A DNA stretch of 64,000 nt from Octopus sinensis (Eukaryota): contig NC_042999.1 in the NCBI RefSeq assembly GCF_006345805.1, positions 83,700,001-83,764,000 on the forward strand. Reading direction: 5' to 3'. Shown here one piece after another: positions 38,668 through 52,349 of the stretch (position 1 is the first letter of the stretch; each line of letters begins with the position of its first letter). The translations under genes were made by a program, and so were the position numbers. The notes under the pieces are model-generated. The model did no database searches, was not told the origin of the DNA, and saw only the letters and a program-made list of their open reading frames with translations.

Positions 38668-39284
38668 TGAGAAAGTTGTCGGATGTATAAAAAATAGAAA
38701 AGAGTGAAAAACTACAGAAGGCTTGTTTTATAAGGTTGAAGAATATATTTAATTCGTTATGATAGAAAAATGTTATAAAATTTTGTAAAATCATAGATAG
38801 AATTACTAAGACTTAGGGCATCCACTAACGAAGAAAAATATAAAAACATTGTCTTCTTTCCTTTTTTCCGTCCTTTTTTCTGTCGTCTTCTTTTTCTGTT
38901 TTTTCTCTCTCTTTTTCTTTTCGCCTGTTATAAAATTGTAACTAAAAAACTGATGACGTCATTCCATCAACGCGTGGACGCTGGTTGCTCTCGTTCATAC
39001 TTTACGTTTAAATTTCTGGAATTTTGAATTTTTATAACTTCTTATTTTGAACTTGACAAAGACAGACGTACTGTTGAAATATCGTTCAGCTAATAAAATA
39101 TGTTGCAATCAAAGCTCGCTCTTCGTCTTCACGGTTTACTTTTGCGAAGAGTTACCTCAATCGTTTTTAAAATATAATAAGAAGAATAATAATAAGAATA
39201 ATAATAAGAAGAAGAATAAGAAGAATAAGAATAAGAATAAGAATAAGAATAATAAGAATAATAATGATGATGATAATAATAATA

Positions 39285-39333
<49 letters not shown>

Positions 39334-39399
39334 GACAACAACAACAACAACAATAATAATAACAACAACAATAATAATAAAAACAACAACAACAACAAC

Positions 39400-39560
39400 A
39401 TCGAAAGAGTCCTTAGGAATGAGAACCCAGGTTCAAAATTTCCCCAAGACACATGATGAAGGCTGGAGGGTATATCAGCCGAAATGTTGTGTTAGCAACA
39501 AACAAGATGAGGACAAATATCAGTCGATCGTAAATAATGTGAATAATGTACGTAATTCTT
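39400..39560 (+). mobile_element. Second copy of the Penelope-type tail with a decayed hammerhead core
   Basis: ccttaggaatgagaacccaggttc...gacac-ATGATGAA-GGCTG...CAGCC-GAAATGTT-GTGTT...aacaagatgaggacaaatatc, preceded by an (AAT)/(AAC)n tract. Confidence 0.8.
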
Positions 39561-39654
39561 CATCTCTTAGATATAGAACTGTATGTATATTTTCTACCCA
39601 CACTTAATATTGAGTGTTCTTTCATTTTTAAATTGAGAAATGAAGAATAACGCA

Positions 39655-39920
<266 letters not shown>

Positions 39921-41320
39921 AGAAACTTACTGTTAATAAACTTCTGTATGCTGCGTACTGTTACTAATAAATAAAATATGCATTGTAAATAAACAACGAT
40001 AGATAAAAAAAAGCCTATACGTATACACAGTGGGTCCCTAATTCTCCATCAGTTATCTGCCAGAATAATAATACTCAGTTTGGCAGAAAATCGCGCCTCA
40101 AGCAAACAAAAAAAAGTTAAAAAGTGTAATTTAAGACAATGCACAAAGACGAAACGACCAAAAGATAATGGTGAGTAACACTTAGAAAAAATTCTGAAGG
40201 ATATAGACAACAGTAAATAACAAATCAGAGAAAGTTTTTTGTGACCGAACCGCTGGGCAGCCACTGAGAAAGAGGGAATCAAGAAAAAGTAGTCACGAGT
40301 CACGTGTCAGCAGCAGGCAGAGGAGAAAGGGAGAGAGTGCGACAGAGAGAAGAGAGAGAGAGAAAACAAAGTATCACTTTCTCATTTTTTTCTCTCTCTA
40401 TCTATCTCTCTCGCCCTCTCATTTGTATTTGTAGCCTTTCTCCTTTCCCCCTCCCTTTCTTACCTTAGTTTCTCTCTATCTTCTCTCTGTCGCTCTCAAA
40501 TTCATCCTCTAATTCCCCACACGTGGGACCAATCAAAGATCTTGAAGCTAAATGGGATTTAAGGGCATTTTCTTTCATACTCACTATTGCTTCTTGCATT
40601 TTGGGTGGCTAGGATTAGATGGTTGTTTATGCTCACTTACATACATTTTTACAAATAGAAATTACTTCACTATTCAATTTTGTATGAGCTCTTGCTTTAC
40701 AGTTTCTTATCAACAGACTTCCAATAAACCTTGCCCCTATATTTTCTTTCTTGCCTATAAATAAATTTAGAATCGTCTACGAGCTTATCACAACCTATGT
40801 TGTTATTAATAGTGTACGGCATCGTAAAGGTTTTATATTCAACTTTTAAAGAAAAATAATGTAAATAATATAAACGGTCGCAGTAACCTCTGAAAACAAG
40901 CCTCTTGCTCTTGAATTTTCAAGATAAGCTTGTTATTTTTCAGTAAATGTTAAACGACCTTTCTACTTTTAAATTCCTACTTCAGCAATTAACGATGCAG
41001 TTTCAAATTTAAAAGACCTTTCCGTTTTTTAATAATCATTTCAACAATTACCGAAAATGACTATTGTAAATAGTATTCCTTTATTTACCTTATTTAATTA
41101 ACGACGCAATGTCAAGTTCCTAAGCTTTACGGCAAAATGTTATTGCAGCGAAATATCCGTACAGCGAATTGTCTTACGGAGAATAGTCGTAAGGTGAATT
41201 GCCCTACAGCGAATTTGTTTACGGCAAATTGTCCGGTGACCAGGCGTTATTTACAACGCATTTCTCATTTATATGAAAAGATTGACGGACGGACGGACAG
41301 ATAGGTAGATAGATAGATAT

Positions 41321-41352
<32 letters not shown>

Positions 41353-43019
41353 GCAGACATCTATGCATATTTGTATGTGTTTATTACTGTTTGTGAACTA
41401 GCAAGATAAGAGCGCTCAATACAGAGTGTGGAGTATATTGTTTCTTTAAATTTAACTCATTTACAGTTGACTTCAATTTCAAGCTCCTACGATCTTTAGG
41501 CAATGACTTAAGCCTTTGGGGATATTCTTTTCTCTATAATTAGAAATGTCATTCACTGGTTTACGATAGTGTTCTTTTGAAACGTGGACCACTTGTCGTC
41601 GCTTCATTTTCCACTTAGTCGACTTTTTTTTCTGTACAGTATTTTTTAAACCGGTTTTTTTTTAAAGATTGCTCCTATAAATCTGTTCATCACCACATTA
41701 TTTCTCATTGTCCAGTTCCATAATCACCAACTTTCTATTTTTCTATTGTGTTACATTTGTTGGTTTTGTAGAGGTCCTGTATCTCCTTGGTGATTACGTC
41801 GTCTACATTCTGTTTTGCCGAGGTTGTCCTGAATAATATATAAACTATATTTTATATTTGAAGAACTTTTAGTGTTTGCATTATATTTTTATCATTTCTA
41901 AACTGTCGTTCTTTGACTTCATTTCTGTTACTGCTTTTATATCATCGGGTGTTCACTATATTTGAAGTTCGGACAACTATACAAAAATAATTTTATTCTG
42001 GTCCAGCAAAGTAGCAATATTTCGATTCTTCTGTTGACCATGTAGTGTTGCTGTGATAAAATGTTGAAATCAATTTTGCGAAACACATAGAATACTGAAG
42101 GATGTCTGTGTAAGTATGGAGAAGTTTTATTATTTTCTGGTTTATATTCAAATTTATAGTATTTTTCCAAATGGTCAAATACGTTCGGAGAAAGATGTAG
42201 CATTCTTTCGAAACGAATGCATGTTTAGTACATAGAGTTTGGATGTTCTGCTTTGATGTTTAGTTACAGGACGTTCTTTGCTAGATTTGTTGAAACAAAT
42301 ATAGAAGTTAAGGGAGAATAGTATAGAGGCAAACATAATAATAATATTCACAATGCTCTAAGCCTACTCAGCACAAAATAATGAGATAGAAGGAATTTAA
42401 TAAAAAAATTTTAAAAACAGAAATGAGTAACAACAAAAACATGGTAAGCACCAAATAAAACAGTAACCACAAAAAGCAGTGCATTCACTACAATGTGAAC
42501 GTCAACGTCAACGCAAAAGAATGATAGCTTCGTGCAAGGTGATATTAATAAAAAAAAAACACAAAAAGAGAATAATTTAAAACATCTGTAACAACTATAC
42601 ACATTAAACGATAATGTAAAGAAGTAGGTAGAACTATAACTACAGTAAAACAGGATATGAGTGACGTAATCAACGGATAGACAAAGTAACACTGTAGATC
42701 GAAACAATAAAGAAGCAATAAATAACGAACTCTAGCAAAACGACATCTTTTTGAAAACCGGATTCGACTGTTCTCTTCTCTATCATCACGTAGCTACGAC
42801 TTTCAGTCGACAACTATTTCCATTCTTTTGTTGTTCTATACTTACATCCGTCGGTTTCGCTGTTGTTTATATGTATTATGTTTTTCAAGTCACTTTAATC
42901 CGAAATATTTATATGATTATGAATATGAAAACACACACAAAACACAGACATAGACATACGCGCGCGCGAACACACATTAAACACGCACGCACAGAAACAC
43001 ACGTTTATATATATATATA

Positions 43020-43400
43020 TAAGTACTGGCTTGAAATTTTGTCACAGTGCCAGGAAGATCAGGAAAGCGGGTTAGTCGATTACTTCGACCCCAGTTAATC
43101 AAACGGGTACTTATTTTATCGAAAGGATGAAAGGCAAAATCGACCTCAGGAATTAAAACATTAAATCGCCGCATTTATAAGTTAACATATTGGTTTCAAA
43201 TTTTGGCACAAGGCCAGAAATCTCAAGGGGTGAATAAGTCGAGTGAATCGACCCTACTAATCAATTGGTACGTTTTTTTTATCGACGTCGTGAAAGGCAC
43301 AATCGAACTTGGTGAAATTTGTACTCAGAACGTGTAGACAAGCAAAATGTCATTAAGCATTTAGCCAGGCGTGCTAACGATTCTGCCATCTCTCTATCCT
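43020..43400 (-). mobile_element. Two adjacent family B SINE copies
   Basis: Two reverse-complement bodies with aaggcaaaatcgacc and gcacaaggcc/ggcacaatcg motifs. Confidence 0.75.
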
Positions 43401-43719
43401 CAAATATGCTGACATATTCATGCTTGTTTCTATAACATTTAATTTAATAAAAAAATAACATTAAACTGAAAGAATATTCATTTATTCTTCCATAGAAATG
43501 AGGTAATCAGAAGATCGGATGGTTCATGTTTATAGATATTTAATTATATATTACATTTTTTACACATATATATCATATCATTCAGATTATTAGCGCTTTC
43601 TCCCATTCCAGTGGGGTTTTCAATCAAATCAATGTATAATATATATTATATATATTATATAATATATATATTATAATATATATATATATATATATAATAT
43701 TATATATATATATATATAT

Positions 43720-43750
<31 letters not shown>

Positions 43751-43769
43751 CATACATATATATATATAT

Positions 43770-43807
<38 letters not shown>

Positions 43808-43813
43808 ATATAT

Positions 43814-43844
<31 letters not shown>

Positions 43845-43899
43845 TGCATTACAACACACCACCTGGGGATGATCGAAATTCCTCCTCCTTTGTGTTACT

Positions 43900-43953
<54 letters not shown>

Positions 43954-44394
43954 ATCACAAAGGCAGTAATCATCAGATTCAAAAATCTATTTAATTGACA
44001 GTTGAGTTCTTGCCAACTGTACTAAAATGACTAACTCATTCCTTTTTGTACCTCTTAGGGGGCTCCAAGAAGCCGAAATTTTGGAATACGGTTATGACCA
44101 ATCCGCATGCAACTTAAACGTCGGATTTGCTGGACGTATCGATATTACTGGCTTAGATCCTGCCTTTATTTTAACCAATTAACTTGCAGTTTACATGTAA
44201 TTGTTTTATGAGTGAGCAAACTTAGTTGGTTTCTGTAATTTGTATATATTCATTTTTAAAGATAATTTTAATCCTCATCATTAATTGGTTGTTACATTAT
44301 TGTTGTTTTTTTCCGTTCCGAACAGGTTTCAGCATTTTAATAAACCGGTTTTCTTTTATCACAACTCATTTCTACGACTGAGTGAACTGGAACA

Positions 44395-44520
44395 GCGTGA
44401 AATATTTTACTTAAGAAGACAACACACAACTCGGTCCGAGAATCGATCTCACTACTTCATGATTGTGAGCGCGACTCTCTAACCACTGAGCGATGGCTCT
44501 TTACATGGCCCGGTGCACAG
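44395..44520 (-). mobile_element. tRNA-derived SINE head
   Basis: Minus strand tcgctcagtggttagagagtcgcgctcacaatcatgaagtagtgagatcgattctcggacc. Confidence 0.65.
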
Positions 44521-44609
44521 TACACTATCATACTCACATGAAAGTACGGATATAGTGGTTTTACTCGTACACAGGTACACACACACACACACTCACACAT
44601 ACAAACACA

Positions 44610-44648
<39 letters not shown>

Positions 44649-44930
44649 ATGCACGCGCGCACACACGTATGTCCCTTTATACTCAGAAACTTAAAGCTAA
44701 GCACTTATAGAATAGAAAATAGTAATTGCCACATTTAGGGGACTTTTAAATAAATGCTTGGCCAATCACATTTAAGTCTCCCCTAATGTCTGTAAAGAAA
44801 TGAAATGTAGGAAGACAAACACTTGGAAGTAGAAAAATTCATTTAACATTTCTTTTTCTGTGTTTGTTACTCTAATAGAGAGATAGAGATAAGTGCAGAG
44901 CTTTGGAGATGAGAGTAGCAGTTCATTATT

Positions 44931-45412
44931 ATTTTCTACTCTAGGCACAAGGCCCGAAATTTTGGGGGAGGAGGCCTGTCAATTAGATCTATCCCAGTAC
45001 GCAACTGGTACTTAATTTAATGACCTCGAAAGGATGAAAGGCAAAGTCGATTTTGGTAGAATTTGAACTTAGAAAGTAAAGACAGATGAAATACCGTTAA
45101 GCATTTCGCCCGGCGTGCTAACGTTTCTTATTTCTTTACTGTCCACAAGGGGCTAAACATAGAGGGGACAAACAAAGACAGACAAAGGTATGAAGTCGAT
45201 TAAATCGACCCCAGTGCATAACTGGTACTTAATTTATCGACCCCGAAAGGATGAAAGGTAAGTCAACCTAGGCGGAATTTGAACTCAGAACGTAACGGCA
45301 GACGAAATACCGCTAAGCATTTCGCCCGGCGTGCTTAACGTTTCTGCCAGCCCGCCGCCTTGTATTCTTTTCTACTCTAGGCACAAGGCACGAAATATTG
45401 AGGAAGAGGGCA
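44931..45412 (-). mobile_element. Concatemeric family B SINE insertion flanked by a 17-bp target-site duplication
   Basis: agtagcagttcattatt at 44914-44930 and 45413-45429; inside, tail-head-body-body-tail order. Confidence 0.8.
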
Positions 45413-46119
45413 AGTAGCAGTTCATTATTGTGTACGAAAAATGCCTTCCATATCTTTAAAAATTTTAGCTTTGTTTCTCTCTCATCCCGCACAGCATAGT
45501 GGATTAGGAAGGGAAAAGATGAGATAAGCATAAAATACTGAGTGGTGACGAATTGTAATGATGGTACTGATACGACTTCGTAGAGTCAAACGTTGGTTTT
45601 ATTCTTTCTGTAGTCTCCCGCTCGTATTTTCATCTTCCTTTATAGTGATCATCCAAGCATACAAATACAGAGAGCGAAAAAGAGAAGACATTGTTGATGA
45701 TGGTGGTGGTGGTGGTTAGGAATGTGGTTAAAATGTGAAACAAAGGTAGTCTATTGCGGTGTTATTTCGTGCTATGTGAGTGCAAACTTTCCGCCATTAT
45801 ATTGCACTCTTGAAAATGACAACGGGATTGATACTCATAATAATATTAGATAAATATACATACGTATGTACGTACGCACGTATGTATGTATGTATGTATG
45901 TATGTATGTATGTATGTATGTATGTATGTCATTATTCAGTTTTATTTCAATATTTCTTGCCAATAGAGAAAGAGTTGGTTTCTAACTTAGATCCAAGGCG
46001 CCTTCATTGAAATTTCAACATCAACATCAGAGTATGTATGTATGTATGTATGTATGTATGTATGTATGTATGTATGTATGTATGTATGTATGCTTGGCAC
46101 TGTTTCTATCGGTCTCTTT

Positions 46120-46212
46120 TACTGAGCCACTATGTTACGGAGACATATGCAAGACAAAATCGTTTGTATACAGCGATGCGGTTAAACCCATATAACACAC
46201 GCACACCAACAT

Positions 46213-46256
<44 letters not shown>

Positions 46257-46430
46257 ACAAAGACACGCGCGCACACACACATATACGGCGGGCTTTTTTC
46301 AGTTATTGACTACGAAATCCACTTTCAAGGCATTGGTCAGCCCTGGGCTATAATAAAAGACACCCATCCAAGGTGCAATGCAGTGAGACTGAGCCGGGAA
46401 CCATGTGATTGTGAAGCGATGTCTGAGCCT
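46120..46430 (-). mobile_element. Diverged family A SINE
   Basis: Reverse complement of cacatggttcccggctcagtctc...gcaaccttggatggg...accaatgccttgaaagtggattt. Confidence 0.7.
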
Positions 46431-46820
46431 ACACAACTAGAAAACAAGCAAAATACGTACACATGACACGCTTTATTTCAAACAATTACTTGCATGAAGA
46501 TTGCATATTCTACAACATAGATTAACGTCTGGTTGAAACACAGTATCTATTTTATACCTCACCCCCAATTCATCTCATTCAATTAATCCATTTTCAATTT
46601 TCATTAACACTCTGAAACTTTGCCTGATTTCATATCATCTCATAAAGATTTTTATTTTTCATTAGTTAATTATGAGCCGTTATCAAAGATAGCATCAATG
46701 TGTGCTTTGAGGTACTGGCAGAAATACTTCTAACTCTCTCAGTATATCAGTTTTGTGTGTGAGTGTGTGTGTGTGCGCGTTTGTGTGTCTGTCTATTTAG
46801 CCATGTATCTATCTATCTCC

Positions 46821-46908
<88 letters not shown>

Positions 46909-46931
46909 TGCTCTCTCTCTCTCTTTCTCTT

Positions 46932-46962
<31 letters not shown>

Positions 46963-47005
46963 GTGGTTATATATATATATGTAGTTATATATATGTATAT
47001 GCATA

Positions 47006-47062
<57 letters not shown>

Positions 47063-47609
47063 ATATATACATATATATATGCGCGTATATCATCTACATT
47101 TACACACACGCACATGTATATACACACACACATATATACATTCATGCACATATACGTAGAAGTATAAATATTCTATTTTAATAATAATAAAGGATTTCAA
47201 TTTAAGTATATATCTATGTATAAATATTATCTATAATTATACCTATTTCTACCTACCAATCTATTCATATGTCTAATATACGCCCACACACATACGTTCA
47301 TATATGAACACCTTTTGACCAAAATGATGAAAACAACTTGATAAATGGAGGTTTTCATATTAAATGCTGAGTTATCCCATCTTACATAAAGATGATTGAC
47401 AAACTGACGTCAACATTACCTCCACCTTACCATTCGCACTATACAACACACAGAGCATGCGTCATTCTTATTTAACTTTATAGTAGCTCTAATTGATTTC
47501 CATTTCAAATTTCGCCCACTCTATTATTTGTAGGCCTTCTTCTCATGACCCTAGCCATTGTTTTCTTCAGCCTTAATCTCATTTTATCAACAATATTGTG
47601 TACTTTACA

Positions 47610-48380
47610 AGGCAGCGAGCTGACAAAAACGTTAGCCCTTGGGACGAAATGCATAGCGGTATTTCGTCCGTCTCTACGTTCTGGGTTCAAATTCCGCCGA
47701 GGTCGACTTTGCCTTTCATCCTTCCGGGGTCGATTAAATAAGCACCAGTTACGCACTGGGGTTGATATAATCGACTTAATATATTTGTCTGTCTTTGTTT
47801 GTCCTCTCTGTGTTTAGCACCTTGTGGGTAGTAAAAAAATAGGTATTTCGTCTGCCGTTACGTTCTGAGTTCAAATTCCACCGAGGTCGACTTTGCCTTT
47901 CATCCTTTCGGGATCGATTAAATATGTACCATTTACTCAACTCGGGTCGATGTAATCGACTTAATCCATGTGTCTGTCCTTGTTTGTCCCCTCTGTGTTT
48001 AGCCCCTTGTCGATAAATTAAGTACCAGTTGTGTACTGGGTCGATCTAACTGACTGGCCCCCTCCCACCAAATTTCAGCCCTTGTGCCTAGAGTGGAAAA
48101 GGATATTGTGTACTTCACATATCGAAGACGATAGTATATGATTGAAAGAGTATTTCTGATATTTCTAACGATTTGAATGATCCTGTTTATTATCTGTAAA
48201 TACTTAAGGAAAGTAAGGCAGTGAGCTGGTAGAGCTCGTCGGTCAAAATGCTTAGCGGCATTTCGTACGTCGCGGTTAATAAAATAAGTACTAGTTAAGT
48301 TACTAGGGCCGATGTAATCGACTAGCACTAATCGACTAGCACTCTCCCTTAAACTTGCTGTCCTTGTGCTGAAATTTTAA
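47610..48380 (+). mobile_element. Multimeric family B SINE cluster
   Basis: Two and a half tandem body units at 47610-48100 and a further degenerate copy at 48210-48380. Confidence 0.8.
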
Positions 48381-48804
48381 GTGGGCATAGTCGACTGAAT
48401 CAAACCAATCTATTCCTGTAGTTACATCAATTTCATATAGTTATGAGTAAGGGAGTCCACACCATGATTTAAACTGCGATATCTGCCACACCATCTTCTA
48501 TAATGATAGAACCTTATTTGTTTCTCTCATTAGCATGGAGTTATTATTTATTCTGGAAAATATAAGTTATATAAATAAACTGGGGGGGGGGGATCATAAA
48601 TTCTAGTCTTTTCTACCAGAGGGAAAATATCGCCATCACCCTACCTACAGAAATGAAATTTGGGGAAAACAATAATTAACGAAATATAAAGTCGAGAAGA
48701 GAAGCCACGAAAACCAATTTCGTTTGGCTAACATTGAAATATATACAACGGAAAGTCAGGGTAGATTAACTAAGACAATATTACAAGTATATATTCTGGA
48801 AAGT

Positions 48805-49110
48805 GGTAAGGCGCATGGCTCAGGGATTAGTGACTCGTACTTACAATCTATGAGTTCGATTCCCGGACCGAGCGGTGTGTTATCTTGAACAAGGCACTTT
48901 ATTTCACATTACACCTGGTGACTCAGCTATAGAAATGATTTGCGACGTCACTGGTGTGAAACTCCTTCGGCCTTTGCCTTTCCTTTGGATAACATCTGGT
49001 GTGCATGGGCGACTACTGGTCTTCCATAAACAACCTTACCCAGACTTGTGCCTTGGAGGTGCAATCCCATGGTCATTCGTGACCGAAGGGGGTTCTTTAC
49101 CTTTTACTCT
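48805..49110 (+). mobile_element. tRNA-derived SINE
   Basis: ggcgcatggctcaggg...gagttcgattcccggacc...cttgaacaaggcacttt. Confidence 0.7.
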
Positions 49111-49920
49111 ATTTTATTGAACGGGCAGGGATTAATATCTAAGTTTACTTTGGAGATGTGGCATGACAGTGCCACCGCTCATTCAGCTAGAATTCCAAAT
49201 AATGATTTATTTCTAGTTGAGTAAAACTGAAGAGAATGATGGACTCATTAGGATTGTAGCTCCTTAGATCATAGGTCTGCCACTCAGAAGTTTACTGGTG
49301 TGAAACAACAAAAGCAAGAACAACAGTAACAACCAGAACAACCAGAACAACAACAACAACAACAACACAGAAATGAGCAGTTAAAGACGAAATAATTTAA
49401 CTGATTTGCTTTTTCGTCTTTTTTTTGCGTCTTACATTTGTTCACATTACCATCGAAAGCCACTAATGTCAGTGACAAAACTATCGATTTTAAGTACAAT
49501 GTCATGCTATATATAGAAGCCTGGACGTAAAATACTTTATATATGATATATAAAAAGGTATATAGTTTCGATAAGCGAAAGATTGCAACGAATTTGTCAT
49601 TTAAAACAATGCTCTGCTAAGTTTAAGCTTTAATAAGCAGCAAAAATGGATATCCTGCGACGTGTTAGAGGGTATGTTTCTGGCTTAATTAGGAAAAGTA
49701 TATCATTTCCCATTTCCAAGAAGCTCAGCAAGTCAATAAACTCTCACTAATCTCAGTACACTTCTGTTGCTTGCAGTGAATTACCATCATATAGTTAGTT
49801 GAATTTGGCCATTGAAATTTAACCGATTCCGTAATTGGGTACAATCGGAGCCGGATTAAGACTCATAGAAGCCCTAAGCGCTTAAAACATTTTGGTATCC
49901 CTATATATATCTATGCGTGT

Positions 49921-49957
<37 letters not shown>

Positions 49958-50289
49958 CGTGTGTGTGTGTGTGTGTGTGTGTGTAATTTAAAATACAAAC
50001 AATAATAAACCATAAAATAAATTTTTACTTTTCAAAATGAAACAAAATAAACAAGTGTTTTTTCTCTTTATATTTGTTCTCTCTTATTTTTTTTTTTTTA
50101 TTGCTAAGTCTTTGATCAGATCCTCCCTATGACATCATTAACACTTCGAAATTATAATTCCGATCATATCAGCAACTTCGAAAATTATTTTAGCAAGTTT
50201 AAAGCGATTTCTCAAGTGCCATAAACCATTTACCATTTTTTTGTGGTAACCTCTCCTTCCCTTGATGTCCTAAACATGTGTTTATTTTA

Positions 50290-50558
50290 CTTAATGGATA
50301 ATCGAGTGCTCTTTTACTCTTTTACTCTTTTACTTGTTTCAGTCATTTGACTGCGGCCATGATGGAGCACCGCTTTTAGTCGAGCAAATCGACCCCGGGT
50401 CTTATTCTTAGTAAGCCTAGTACATATTCTATCGGTCTCTTATGCCGAACCGCTAAGTTACAGGGACGTAAACACACCACCATCGGTTTTCAAGCGATGT
50501 TGGACGGGAGACAAATACAGACACACACACACACACGCACACACACACACACACACAT

Positions 50559-50594
<36 letters not shown>

Positions 50595-51520
50595 TACATT
50601 ATATAAAAGGGCTTAGTAAAATAAATTACTTTGCCACATACTGAACTCATTAGAAATAGTAGCTAAAAAACTCAGTGTTTTCAAATCCAAACCAAGAAGT
50701 TCTGAGCTGAGATAGAAATGTCGAGTTGACTAATCTTGAAACGTACGTTCTCAAATAACCTTTGCATTTGATTTTTTAATGTCTTTACCCCCATACTTTC
50801 GTGAGTTGAATTGAGCAAACACTATATGAGAGAGATTTTCTTTAAGTATTAGAAATAGTTTTAAAAAAGTTTTTTAGCTACTATTTCTAATGAGTTCAGT
50901 ATGTGGCAAAGTAATTTATTTTACTAAGCCCTTTTATATAATGTAATAATTTGAATTCGCCTTAAATGGTCCCTTTACATACTGAATACTTGGTGAAATT
51001 GATTAATAATTAATTAATTTTACCCTCAATTGTTGAAATTATATATATATATTGATTTGCTTTTCGCGGGAAGGAAGTTTTCTTCGAAGTATACGTCTCG
51101 CTTTTATCCTTCGAAACGTTTAGTAGATGAAACCTTAGCGACTGAAGAAGGGGATTTTTCGTTGTGCTTATTGTCCTGTATCTCTCTTTTTTTTGCTTGT
51201 CTTGTTCCTTGGTTTGTGTCTATGTGTTTCGTCTCTCTATGTGTTCGACGTCTTTTTGGTGTCCTGTACACATATATGCGTGTATATGTACATGTAGAGG
51301 TAGGTACGTACATATATGTTTATATATATGCATATGTTCTATTTTATTAACATATATATATATATATACATATATACGACGGGCTTCTTTCAGTTTCGGT
51401 CTACCAAATCCATTAGTCGGTTCGAGACCATAGTAGAAGATACATGTCCAAGGTGCCACGCAGTGGCACTGAACCCAGAACCATGTGGTTAGTAAGCAAG
51501 CCACTTACCTCACAGCCTCT
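50290..51520 (-). mobile_element. Family A SINE split at its internal microsatellite by ~850 bp of nested insertions
   Basis: 5' half at 51370-51520 and 3' half at 50290-50520, both on the minus strand. Confidence 0.75.
50593..50947. repeat. Perfect 80-bp inverted repeat around a 195-bp spacer (MITE-like or Penelope-type inverted ends)
   Basis: 50593-50672 is the exact reverse complement of 50868-50947. Confidence 0.92.
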
Positions 51521-52349
51521 ACTTAGCTACAATATTATTGCCCGAAATAGGAGGAGATACGAACCGTCTTTCTTTCACTACAAAAATGGTTAAATGATAT
51601 CAAGTATTGATTTAAGTAAGTATCAGCTGCTATCGCTATATCAATACCATAGTTGAGTGCAGAGCTGCCAGAATCGTCATTTTGCAGATAACATCAGTAA
51701 TATATAGCCAGTAACAAATGTAGTCAATTCAAATGGATCATAAAATAGATGAGACGTCAGTTATTTTTTGCATTTATACTTCAGTCGTTTGTTTTGTTTT
51801 ATAATACAATTTTGCTATGGAAATCATTGTAGAAAAAATATCAAACTGATAGCGAATTCTACTAATGCTACTAATACAGTGTTCTCACTGACAATATACA
51901 CATCAAAGGAAACAACGTGAAACGTGTTGTTTTTTTTTTTTTAAATATTTTACGATCTATTGTGTTCAGTAATAGGGTCAAGCCCGAAAATATTTCAAAG
52001 CTTTGTCAGTGTTAATTTGATGAGACATAATAATGATGGCTGATTTGTTCTTGCTTGCGAAAATCAGTGTGTATCTTCTTCCTTGCCTGGTTGTAGATGC
52101 GATTGCGTGATGAGCGAGTAATATTTCTGACGGAAATATCGAACAACTATAACACACAACATTTTCTCTGTCTCTCTCTGTCTCTCTCTCTCTCTCTGTC
52201 ATTCTCTTTCTCCCCTCCTCTCTCTCTCTGTCACACACATAAACACTCTCTCTCTCTACACACACACATCAAGTGAGTTACACACAGACACACACACACA
52301 CTCATACACACATACACATACCACGCATAGGCGTGTGTGTGTGTGTATG

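Noticed and set aside
41480-42400. Penelope RT/GIY-YIG remnant
   Set aside because: Only a faint resemblance (KFEYKPENNKTSPYL); too degraded to call
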